This document shows, in pieces, positions 8,292 to 15,488 of a stretch of 24,000 nt of DNA; the first letter of the stretch is position 1, and each line of letters begins with the position of its first letter. Both the position numbers and the translations under genes were made by a program. The notes under the pieces were generated by a model. The model did no database searches. It saw only the letters and a list, made by a program, of their open reading frames with translations, and was not told the DNA's origin. The stretch is from Caldibacillus debilis DSM 16016. GTDB taxonomy: Bacteria > Bacillota > Bacilli > Bacillales > Caldibacillaceae. The stretch is from the NCBI RefSeq assembly GCF_000383875.1, contig NZ_KB912916.1:19955-43954 (forward strand), written 5' to 3'.

Positions 8292-9436
8292 CAAACCAAC
8301 CAGCGAAACGCAAATATAGCGAATCCGTTTTGCCGAGTCTGACGCTGGAAGAGGCGCAGCAATTGCAATTCCAATTCGTGGAAAGCATCAGCAGACATTT
8401 TACAGGCGATCAATTTTTGTCGTTGGGAGACCTGGGATTGGGGTCCCGTTATCAAAGACCTGAACAGACGGAAAAAGCGGAACGGGTTTTGGCGGATTTT
8501 TTCGGTGCGGAAGCAGCAGCTCTTGTCCGGGGTGCCGGGACAGGAGCCATCCGCATTCTTTTAAGCGTCCTCTTATCCCCCGGCGATTCCATGTTCATTC
8601 ATAAAGCGCCCGTTTATGCGACGACGAAGGAAACGATCCGGATGTTGGGAATCCGAACGGTGGCCATTGATTTTAACCGTCTCAAGGAAATGGAAAAAGC
8701 CCTCCGGGAGGACGCTGACTGCAAAGTCTTCTACATTCAGCATGCGAGGCAGCAGCCTTCGGATACTTATCATTTACAAACGGTCATTGAAACGGTGAAA
8801 AGGATCCGACCCGACTTGACCGTAGTGGTGGATGACAACTATTGTGTCATGAAAACTTACGGAATCGGGGTTCAGTGCGGCGCTGATTATTCCACTTTTT
8901 CCGGTTTTAAATTGATGGGACCGGAGGGAATCGGCGTCATTTTGGGAAAGAAGGAAAAGATTGATCTCATCCATGCGAGGAATTATTCCGGAGGCGGCCA
9001 GGTGCAGGGCTTTGAAGCGATGGAACTGCTCAGAATGATGACCTTGACGCCGGTTTTGTTTGCCGTACAAAGCAAACAGGTGGAAGAAATTTGCCGCCAG
9101 TTGAATGAAGGGGCGATCGAAGAAGTGGATTGCGCTTATGTCGTCAATGCCCAATCGAAAAACGTTATCGTGGAATTGAAAGAACCGATCGCTCCGGAAG
9201 TGATTAAACAAAGCAACCGTTTCGGGGCGGCAACCCATCCGGTCGGGGCGGAATCGAAGTATGAGATTTTGCCGTTGTTTTACCGGGTTTCCGGCAGTTT
9301 CATCGAGGCCGAACCCCGGCTGAAAGATTACGGGATCCGGATCAATCCGATGAAGTCAGGAGCCGCCACCGTGCTGCGAATTTTAAAAGAGGCGATTCAT
9401 GCCGCCAAAGAATCGGTTCATGCTGCCAAGAAGTGA
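8288..9436 (+). CDS. PLP-dependent enzyme, YhfS-like (fold-type I aminotransferase/lyase-like)
   Basis: ATGA start/stop overlap with php. 382 aa. GAGTGAIRILL and DDNYCV motifs, and FSGFKLMGPEGIG as the candidate PLP-Lys region. Confidence 0.65.
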   Translation: MTNQPAKRKYSESVLPSLTLEEAQQLQFQFVESISRHFTGDQFLSLGDLGLGSRYQRPEQTEKAERVLADFFGAEAAALVRGAGTGAIRILLSVLLSPGDSMFIHKAPVYATTKETIRMLGIRTVAIDFNRLKEMEKALREDADCKVFYIQHARQQPSDTYHLQTVIETVKRIRPDLTVVVDDNYCVMKTYGIGVQCGADYSTFSGFKLMGPEGIGVILGKKEKIDLIHARNYSGGGQVQGFEAMELLRMMTLTPVLFAVQSKQVEEICRQLNEGAIEEVDCAYVVNAQSKNVIVELKEPIAPEVIKQSNRFGAATHPVGAESKYEILPLFYRVSGSFIEAEPRLKDYGIRINPMKSGAATVLRILKEAIHAAKESVHAAKK

Positions 9437-9463
9437 ATTTTCGCATACAGGAGGACTGCTTCC

Positions 9464-10624
9464 ATGTTTTTGGATGTGACGGTGAGGAGGAATCCCGAGC
9501 TGATTAAAACGGGCGTGAGGCTACATCAATCGGGCAAGATTCCTCCCAACACGTATGTCATCGATTTGGATATGGTAAAAGAAAACGTGCGAAAAATTGC
9601 CAAAACGGCCGCCGACTGCAATATTCATTTGTATTTCATGTCCAAACAGCTCGGCAGAATCCCCGAACTGGCGAAAATAGTTGCAGAAAACGGGATAGAA
9701 AAAGCGGTTGCGGTCGATTTTGACGAGGGAAAAAGATTGGCGGATCACGGTGTTCGAATCGGACATATCGGCCACCTCGTTCAACCCGGCAAACATCAAT
9801 GGGGAGAAGTGTTGAGCTGGAATCCGGAAGTGGTGACGGTTTTTTCCTACGAACGGGCCGCCCAATTGTCAGCCGCTGCGGAAAAATTGGGGAAAAAACA
9901 AGATATTTTGCTGAAAGTCACCGGTCCCGACAACAAAATTTATGACGGCCAGGAAGGCGGAATTGAACTGGAACAGCTCGCTGATGCCGCCGGCCGGATC
10001 AGCCGGCTGCGCGGGGTTAACATCGTCGGCGTTACCACTTTTCCGACCCTCCGGATGAACGACGATAAAACCGGGATGGTGGGAACGAACAATCTGTATA
10101 CCCTTTTAGAGGCGAAAAAGATATTGGAAGAGAGAGGGATTCCTGTGAAACAGGTGAACGGCCCGAGCGGAACAAGCTGCGAAACCATCCCCTATTTGGC
10201 CGAACACGGAATCACCCACGGCGAACCGGGGCACAGTTTAACCGGCACCACTCCGTTGCATGCCTATAAAGATCTGCCAGAAAAACCGGCGATGATCTAT
10301 GTCACGGAAGTTTCCCACAAATTTAGAAACCATTATTTTGTCATCGCCGGGGGATATTACGGACGCTCCAGAATGAAAGGCTGCCTGGTCGGGCATGAGG
10401 AAGATTCCATCCTCAACCGGTATGTGAAAGCCTATCCCACCCGCCCGGAATCGATCGATTACTACGGAAAAATCGAAGCTCCTGCCGATTTTCCGGTGGA
10501 AATCGGGGATACCGCCATATTCGCTTTCCGGAGCCAGATCTTCGTCACCCGCGCCCATGTCGCGTTAGTGGAAGGCATTCAATCGGGGAACCCGAAGGTG
10601 ATTCATTTTGAAAGGAAGTGGTAA
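9464..10624 (+). CDS. Alanine-racemase-N-terminal-domain (fold-type III PLP) protein, YhfX-like
   Basis: AGGAGGA SD. 386 aa. YFMSKQLGR is a candidate PLP-lysine motif. Sits within the yhf set. Confidence 0.7.
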   Translation: MFLDVTVRRNPELIKTGVRLHQSGKIPPNTYVIDLDMVKENVRKIAKTAADCNIHLYFMSKQLGRIPELAKIVAENGIEKAVAVDFDEGKRLADHGVRIGHIGHLVQPGKHQWGEVLSWNPEVVTVFSYERAAQLSAAAEKLGKKQDILLKVTGPDNKIYDGQEGGIELEQLADAAGRISRLRGVNIVGVTTFPTLRMNDDKTGMVGTNNLYTLLEAKKILEERGIPVKQVNGPSGTSCETIPYLAEHGITHGEPGHSLTGTTPLHAYKDLPEKPAMIYVTEVSHKFRNHYFVIAGGYYGRSRMKGCLVGHEEDSILNRYVKAYPTRPESIDYYGKIEAPADFPVEIGDTAIFAFRSQIFVTRAHVALVEGIQSGNPKVIHFERKW

Positions 10625-10628
10625 CATC

Positions 10629-11834
10629 ATGGGCAGAATGATGCTGCTGGTGATCGACAGTTTCGGGATCGGGGCGATGGACGATTGCCGGGACTATGTG
10701 CCTTCCGACTGCCGCGCCAACACGTATAAGCATATTCGGGAAGCGAAAAAGGACGAGCTGAAAATTCCCACGTTGTATCGGCTCGGACTGGGTGCCCTTG
10801 TCGACGGAAAATCCGCACCGGAAACGAGCGCCTACGGGTATTCCAAATTGGCCCATCACGGGGCCGATACGTATTTGGGCCATCAGGAAATCGCGGGAAG
10901 CTGTCCGAAAAAATCGAACAAACGATTAATGAAGGAAGTGCACGGGCAAATCAAACAAGCGTTGGAAGCGCACGGCTATGAGGTCGCCTACCCTTTCAGC
11001 CATTGCCGGGTGTTGCTGGTGAACGGCGCGGCGGTGGTGGCGGATAATCTCGAATCGTCCCTCGGCAATATCATCAATGTAACGGCCGATTTAAAGAAAA
11101 TGACCTTCGATGAATTGAAAAAGATCGGCCGAATCGTCAGGGAAAATGTCGATACCTCAAGGGTCATCGCGCTGGGCGGTCCCTATACTTCCATCGAGCG
11201 CATCCTGTCCTGCGTAAAAGAAAAACATAAAGATCAATGGGGCGTGGATACACCGAAGGCGGGCGTCTACGGAAAGGGCTATATGGTTTACCATATGGGT
11301 TACGGCGTCGAAATCGACAAACAATTCCCCATGATCGCCGCAAAACACGGATTGAAAGTTTACCGCCTCGGCAAAACGGCAGATGTCCTGCACGGCACGG
11401 GTCCTGCCGAACCGATTGTCAATACGACGGAACTTTTGGAAAGATTTTCGGAGCTTTATCGAAAGGAAGAAGGAAACGCCTCCTTTCTGGTCAATATTCA
11501 GGAAACCGATTTGGCGGGGCATGCCGAAAATGTCGATTGGTATTGCCGGTTGTTAAACGAAACGGATCAATGGCTGCAGGATTTTATTCCGCAAATGCGC
11601 GAAGAGGACATATTGATCATCATGGCCGATCACGGCAACGACCCGACGATCGGGCATTCGAACCATACGCGGGAGTATGTTCCCATTTTCATCGTCGGGA
11701 AAAAAGTGAAACCCGTCTATATCGGCATGCGGGAAACGATGGCTGACGTCGGCGCCACCTTATGCGATTTTTACGGGCTGCCGAAAACGAAGGAAGGGGA
11801 AAGCTTTTTGGATTTGATTCTCGACCGAAATTAA
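10629..11834 (+). CDS. Phosphopentomutase-like metalloenzyme (alkaline-phosphatase superfamily mutase), YhfW-like
   Basis: The ORF track starts at 10608 (TTG). The ATG at 10629 follows AAAGGAAGTGG and lies 4 nt after the upstream stop. Motifs LLVIDSFGIG, ETDLAGHAENV and ADHGNDPT..HSNHTREYVPIF resemble DeoB. Confidence 0.8.
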   Translation: MGRMMLLVIDSFGIGAMDDCRDYVPSDCRANTYKHIREAKKDELKIPTLYRLGLGALVDGKSAPETSAYGYSKLAHHGADTYLGHQEIAGSCPKKSNKRLMKEVHGQIKQALEAHGYEVAYPFSHCRVLLVNGAAVVADNLESSLGNIINVTADLKKMTFDELKKIGRIVRENVDTSRVIALGGPYTSIERILSCVKEKHKDQWGVDTPKAGVYGKGYMVYHMGYGVEIDKQFPMIAAKHGLKVYRLGKTADVLHGTGPAEPIVNTTELLERFSELYRKEEGNASFLVNIQETDLAGHAENVDWYCRLLNETDQWLQDFIPQMREEDILIIMADHGNDPTIGHSNHTREYVPIFIVGKKVKPVYIGMRETMADVGATLCDFYGLPKTKEGESFLDLILDRN

Positions 11835-11898
11835 AAGAACTTTCCTGACCGGCTGAATGCCCCAAAGGAAAATAAGATGAATGCGAAAAAAGCGGCTC

Positions 11899-11950
11899 AC
11901 CGGTTCGGATGGCGGGGCATGCCTTTGGCAACCGAACCGGTCTCTTTTTT
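11899..11950 (+). terminator. Intrinsic terminator ending the nine-gene operon
   Basis: ACCGGTTCGG (11899-11908) pairs perfectly with CCGAACCGGT (11932-11941), followed by CTCTTTTTT. Confidence 0.75.
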
Positions 11951-12156
11951 AGGCTTGGCTGGGCGGATCCCTCCCGGCGGCAATATGGCCATGAAAGAGG
12001 CGGCAGGCCGGAACCGGAGATGGGTTTTCCGATGACCCGCATCAAAATTTTTCCGGATGGCCTTTAATAAAAAGAATGAATGTCCGGCATCCTTTTTTGC
12101 ATCGGAGGTCGAGGTTTCCTATCAAGGGTAGAATGTTCGACATTTTTGTACAACGT

Positions 12157-12474
12157 TCAATAAAAAGTTCCGCTTGTCAGATACTTGAGTAAAACGTTCC
12201 ACATGGGGTTTGGTTTTCCCGGCGGATCGCCCAACATTTGTGTCGGATCGTTCCATTTCATAAAAAAGTCGTCCGACACCGCATCGGACGGTTCGTCATT
12301 ATCAACAATCGATCCATCATTTCGACCTCTCCGTTCATCACGAAAAAAAATTTGACCGTTATCAAAGAAAAAATATCCATCATCCATGAAAAAACGTCCA
12401 TCACAGCTGGAGAAATGTCCATCATTCGACATCCGCTGCGACCCGGCCGGCCCCGAACGAGAAAGCGGCGGCAT
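12157..12474 (-). CDS. Hypothetical small protein with degenerate heptad repeats (coding status uncertain)
   Basis: 105 aa ORF (a shorter start gives MSNDGHFSS...). Heptads NDGHFSS/CDGRFFM/DDGYFFF/DNGQIFF/RDERRGR/NDGSIVD. No convincing SD or promoter found. Confidence 0.3.
   Translation of the reverse strand: MPPLSRSGPAGSQRMSNDGHFSSCDGRFFMDDGYFFFDNGQIFFRDERRGRNDGSIVDNDEPSDAVSDDFFMKWNDPTQMLGDPPGKPNPMWNVLLKYLTSGTFY
12310..12435. repeat. Six tandem degenerate 21-nt repeats
   Basis: Units start at 12310, 12331, 12352, 12373, 12394 and 12415. Five contain TCCATCAT/TTCATCAC/TCCATCAC-type cores, and the third is more diverged (CCGTTATCA). Confidence 0.7.
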
Positions 12475-12522
12475 CCTGCCGTTCCCGATTTGAACGTTTC
12501 CATCGACGAGCCCTTGAACGTG

Positions 12523-12549
12523 AAAACGGCGGCATCCTGCCGCCTTTTT
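12523..12549. terminator. Bidirectional terminator-like hairpin (A-tract, stem, T-tract)
   Basis: AAAAC GGCGGCA tcc TGCCGCC TTTTT. A near-identical copy of the core (GAAAGCGGCGGCATCCTGCCG) lies at 12461-12481. Confidence 0.5.
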
Positions 12550-12587
12550 GCATGCGGGGGCGCATAATTATTCGAAATTTTGTCAAA

Positions 12588-12617
12588 TTGAAACAGCGCA
12601 AGCGAAGCGTTTACAAT
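12588..12617 (+). promoter_or_regulatory. Sigma-A type promoter upstream of arginase
   Basis: TTGAAA (12588-12593), an 18-nt spacer, then TACAAT (12612-12617). Confidence 0.5.
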
Positions 12618-12636
12618 AGGCGTGGGAGGGAACAGC

Positions 12637-13533
12637 ATGGAAAAGAAAATCGCCATCGTCGGGATGCCGATGAGTTACGGCCAGCCCCATCCCGGCGTCG
12701 CTCTCGGTCCGGATGCCGTCCGCCACGCCGGTTTGACGGAAAGATTGCGGCAGCTCGGCCTTGCCCCGGAGGACATGGGGAATATGGAAATCGGTACGGG
12801 GGAAAGAACCGTAGACACGGAGACGGGAATGAAAAATCTGCATCAGGTGGCTGAAGCCTGTGAACAATTGGCCGCCCAAGTGGACCACCTCTTCGGGCAA
12901 AATTTTTTCCCGCTCGTCCTTGGCGGCGACCACAGCATGGCCATCGGAACGATCGCAGGAGCGGCTAAACATTTCCGGAATCCGGGCATCCTATGGATTG
13001 ACGCCCACGGGGATTTGAATACCCCGGAGACTTCCCCTTCGGGAAATATTCACGGGATGCCTTTGGCCGCCAGTTTGGGGCTGGGGGCGGAGCCGCTGAT
13101 AAATCTGTACGGTTCCGCGCCGAAAATCCGCTTTGAAAACATCGTTTTAATCGGCATCCGGGACTTGGATGAGGGAGAAAAAAGGCTGATCCGGGAGAGA
13201 AAGATCAAAGCCTATACGATGCATGAGATTGACCGGGCCGGAATGAAACGGGTGATGGAAGAGGCGATCGCCTACTTGCGGGAAAGGGCGGACGGGGTCC
13301 ATTTATCCTTCGATCTCGATTCCTTGGATCCCAGTGAAGCCCCGGGGGTCGGAACGCCCGTGAAAGGCGGACTGACTTTTCGGGAAGCCCGTTTGGCGAT
13401 GGAAATGCTGGGCGAATCCGGCTTGATCGCCTCCTGCGAATTCGTCGAAGTCAATCCCCTTTTGGACACGAAAAATCAAACGGCCGGCCGGGCGGTTGAT
13501 TTGATCGCGGCCTTGTTCGGACATATGCGGTAA
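12637..13533 (+). CDS. rocF: Arginase
   Basis: The ATG at 12637 follows GGGAGGG (the ORF track's GTG at 12622 is within the SD). Mn-binding motifs LGGDHSMAIG, DAHGDLNT and SFDLDSLDP. Confidence 0.9.
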   Translation: MEKKIAIVGMPMSYGQPHPGVALGPDAVRHAGLTERLRQLGLAPEDMGNMEIGTGERTVDTETGMKNLHQVAEACEQLAAQVDHLFGQNFFPLVLGGDHSMAIGTIAGAAKHFRNPGILWIDAHGDLNTPETSPSGNIHGMPLAASLGLGAEPLINLYGSAPKIRFENIVLIGIRDLDEGEKRLIRERKIKAYTMHEIDRAGMKRVMEEAIAYLRERADGVHLSFDLDSLDPSEAPGVGTPVKGGLTFREARLAMEMLGESGLIASCEFVEVNPLLDTKNQTAGRAVDLIAALFGHMR

Positions 13534-13604
13534 AAATCTAAACGGAACCCTGCGGCAAAATGCCGGGTCCGGTTTTCCAAATAGGGACCGGCTTTCTCCA
13601 AAAG

Positions 13605-13636
13605 GAACCTGCTTTCTGCGGAAGGCAGGTTCTTTT
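13605..13636 (+). terminator. Intrinsic terminator after arginase
   Basis: GAACCTGC (13605-13612) pairs with GCAGGTTC (13625-13632), followed by TTTT. Confidence 0.65.
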
Positions 13637-13948
13637 ACGGTGTATATGCCCGCAAGAAAAAGCGGAAGACCGTTCCGCCGGCGCGCAATTGATGAGGATA
13701 AAGAGAATTCTCCGGCGGACCGGGCAAGAAATCGGGGGAATTTCCCCGCGGATCCGCGGCCGCAAAAAATCTTCGCCCGGAGAACTCAAACGGCAGAAAA
13801 ACCCCCGGATCATCCGCCGCGGCCGGGCCGCCGCAGAAAAAACCGGCGGAATTTTCCCTGCGGATAAAAAAAGGAAAAAAGGTGGAAATTTTTTCTGGTA
13901 AAATAGAGTTACAGTCCTGCATCCTCCTTCGAAAAAAAGCCAGGAAAC

Positions 13949-13974
13949 TGAAACTTTTTTCGGAGCCGGACGTA
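13949..13974 (+). promoter_or_regulatory. SigW-dependent autoregulatory promoter
   Basis: TGAAAC (13949-13954), exactly 16 nt, then CGTA (13971-13974). This matches the B. subtilis sigma-W consensus TGAAAC-N16-CGTA. It lies 32 nt upstream of the sigW ATG. Confidence 0.8.
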
Positions 13975-14005
13975 TGGAAAGTCGACCGCGGGCGGAGGTA
14001 TCATA

Positions 14006-14545
14006 ATGGAGGAATTGGTCAAACGAAAAATTAAAGAGATACACAGGGGCAACAAAAACGCCTTCGGAGATATCGTAGAGTTCTACAAAGATAAAGTTTT
14101 CCAAATCTGTTTCCGGATGGTGGGCAACCGGTCGGAAGCGGAAGATATCGCCCAAGAAACCTTCATCCGTGCCTATATCAATATCGGCAATTACAATATG
14201 GACAAGAAATTTTCCACCTGGCTGTACCGGATCGCCACCAATCTTTGCATCGACCGGCTGCGCAAGAAAAAAGCGGATTATTCGCTGGATGCGGAAGTGA
14301 CCGGCACCGAGGGTTTGACGATGTATTCCCAGATCCCGTCCGCCGATCCGCTGCCGGAAGACGCCGTCGCCTATATGGAATTTCAAGATTTTCTCCAAAG
14401 GGAACTGTTGGCCTTGCCGGAAAAATACCGGACAGCGATTATCTTAAAATACATGGAAGAATTGTCGTTAAATGAAATCAGCGAAATCCTCGATTTGCCG
14501 GTTGGAACGGTAAAGACCCATATCCACAGGGGAAGGGAAGCTTAA
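14006..14545 (+). CDS. sigW: ECF sigma factor SigW (ends 8 codons early relative to the B. subtilis-type C-terminus)
   Basis: GGAGGT SD. KFSTWLYRIATNLCIDRLRKKK and LPVGTVKTHIHRGREA closely resemble B. subtilis SigW. TAA at 14543-14545. Confidence 0.9.
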   Translation: MEELVKRKIKEIHRGNKNAFGDIVEFYKDKVFQICFRMVGNRSEAEDIAQETFIRAYINIGNYNMDKKFSTWLYRIATNLCIDRLRKKKADYSLDAEVTGTEGLTMYSQIPSADPLPEDAVAYMEFQDFLQRELLALPEKYRTAIILKYMEELSLNEISEILDLPVGTVKTHIHRGREA

Positions 14546-14584
14546 AGGAAAAGACTCCGCCATTTGTAAGGGGAGATGGATGAG

Positions 14585-15232
14585 ATGAGACAATGCCCCG
14601 ATTATCTTTATGAATACATGCAGGAATCTCTTGACGGGGACATCCCGGCCGAGCATGACCGGGTCTTGAAGGAACACTTGCGCACATGCAAAGATTGCCG
14701 GGATTATTTTTACGAATTGAAAAGGACGGAAATGTTCATCAAAAGCCTGGCCAACGTCCATGCGCCGGATGGCTTTACGGACGAGGTGTTAAACCGGCTG
14801 CCGAAAGCGGCGAAAAAAGCCCGGCTTAGGCATTGGTTCAGCCATCATCCATTTCTCACCGCCGCCGCCATCTTTTTGCTGTTGATGTCCGGCAGCACCT
14901 TCTCGGCGTGGACGGACAATCATGAGGATTTTTCCGTGACGAAACAGCCCGATTTGATCATAAAAAACGATACCGCCATCGTGCCGGAAGGAAAAACCAT
15001 CAACGGGGACATCGTGGTGAGAAACGGAAGCATCCGGATTGAAGGAAAGGTGGATGGCGACGTAACGGTCATCAACGGCGAAAAATACATCGCCTCCGCA
15101 GGGGAAGTCACGGGAGATATTCAGGAAATCAACCAATTGTTTGAATGGATCTGGTTTGACATCAAGAACAAAGTGAGCCAATGGATAAAAATCTTCGATG
15201 GAAAGTCGGAAGAGGAAAAGGACTTCCAATGA
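14585..15232 (+). CDS. rsiW: Anti-sigma-W factor RsiW (zinc-binding anti-sigma domain, single-pass membrane protein)
   Basis: The ATG at 14585 lies 9 nt after AAGGGGAG (the ORF track start at 14576 abuts the SD). HLRTCKDCRDYF is an HxxxCxxC motif. TM segment PFLTAAAIFLLLM. The C-terminal part resembles B. subtilis RsiW (VTVINGEKYIASAGEVTGDIQEINQLFEWIW). Confidence 0.9.
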   Translation: MRQCPDYLYEYMQESLDGDIPAEHDRVLKEHLRTCKDCRDYFYELKRTEMFIKSLANVHAPDGFTDEVLNRLPKAAKKARLRHWFSHHPFLTAAAIFLLLMSGSTFSAWTDNHEDFSVTKQPDLIIKNDTAIVPEGKTINGDIVVRNGSIRIEGKVDGDVTVINGEKYIASAGEVTGDIQEINQLFEWIWFDIKNKVSQWIKIFDGKSEEEKDFQ

Positions 15233-15250
15233 CGCTTTTCATTTTTTGTG

Positions 15251-15293
15251 ACGCTTGGAGTAAAATAGAATTGTCCAAGCGTTCTTCTTTTTT
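15251..15293 (+). terminator. Intrinsic terminator after sigW-rsiW
   Basis: ACGCTTGGA (15251-15259) pairs perfectly with TCCAAGCGT (15274-15282), followed by TCTTCTTTTTT. Confidence 0.8.
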
Positions 15294-15308
15294 CCAGCCC
15301 GAACGGCC

Positions 15309-15337
15309 TTATGAAAGCCTTGCTTTTATGATATAAT
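15309..15337 (+). promoter_or_regulatory. Candidate extended -10 sigma-A promoter for cdaA-cdaR-glmM
   Basis: TGaTATAAT at 15329-15337. The -35 box is weak (TTATGA, 15309-15314, 17-nt spacing). Confidence 0.45.
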
Positions 15338-15438
15338 GGAAACCAATATGATTGCTTCCTGCTATTATGGGAACCAGTATGATTTCATCCTGCTATCATG
15401 AGAAACCGATATGATTTCTTCCTGCAATAGGCAGGAAG
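15336..15438 (+). repeat. Three tandem ~31-nt repeats plus terminal hairpin in the cdaA leader
   Basis: The units are 15336-15366, 15367-15397 and 15398-15429. Their pattern is ATGGRAACCARTATGATTKCWTCCTGCTAT, and the third copy is the most diverged. The array ends in the hairpin CTTCCTGC aatag GCAGGAAG (15418-15438). Confidence 0.8.
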
Positions 15439-15488
15439 CCCGGCCTATCCATACGTATCGGCATACAGCGGTTATTGGAGGATCCACG

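Noticed and set aside
10608-10628. ORF-track upstream starts at 10608 (yhfW-like), 12622 (arginase), 14576 (rsiW), 15411 (cdaA) and 5686 (yhfU-like).
   Set aside because: In each case the upstream start lies in, abuts or overlaps the Shine-Dalgarno sequence or has none. A downstream ATG or TTG has proper SD spacing and gives an N-terminus matching known homologues.
13746-13763. CCGCGGATCCGCGGCCGC reads as SacII-BamHI-SacII-NotI sites and resembles a cloning polylinker or engineering scar.
   Set aside because: It sits within a spacer full of similar CCGCGG/GCGGCC motifs and is a natural-looking 14-nt palindrome. There is no flanking vector-like sequence or marker gene.
13538-14398. 286-aa minus-strand ORF spanning the arginase-sigW spacer and running antisense to sigW. 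Similar long antisense ORFs occur at 287..910, 18138..18935, 20923..21846 and 22895..23728.
   Set aside because: They lie antisense to well-supported genes (sigW, aceB, glmM, glmS, cupin). Their composition is low-complexity and Arg/Pro/Gly-rich. They lack SD sequences. This is the typical shadow-ORF pattern in GC-biased coding DNA.
15336-15401. 21-codon upstream ORF (METNMIASCYYGNQYDFILLS) within the cdaA leader repeats.
   Set aside because: There is no Shine-Dalgarno upstream and the ATG overlaps the predicted -10 box. It is probably a by-product of the repeat sequence.
15336-15438. Tandem ~31-nt repeats considered as a mini CRISPR array.
   Set aside because: The repeats are directly adjacent with no spacers, there are only three copies, and there are no cas genes or leader in the window.
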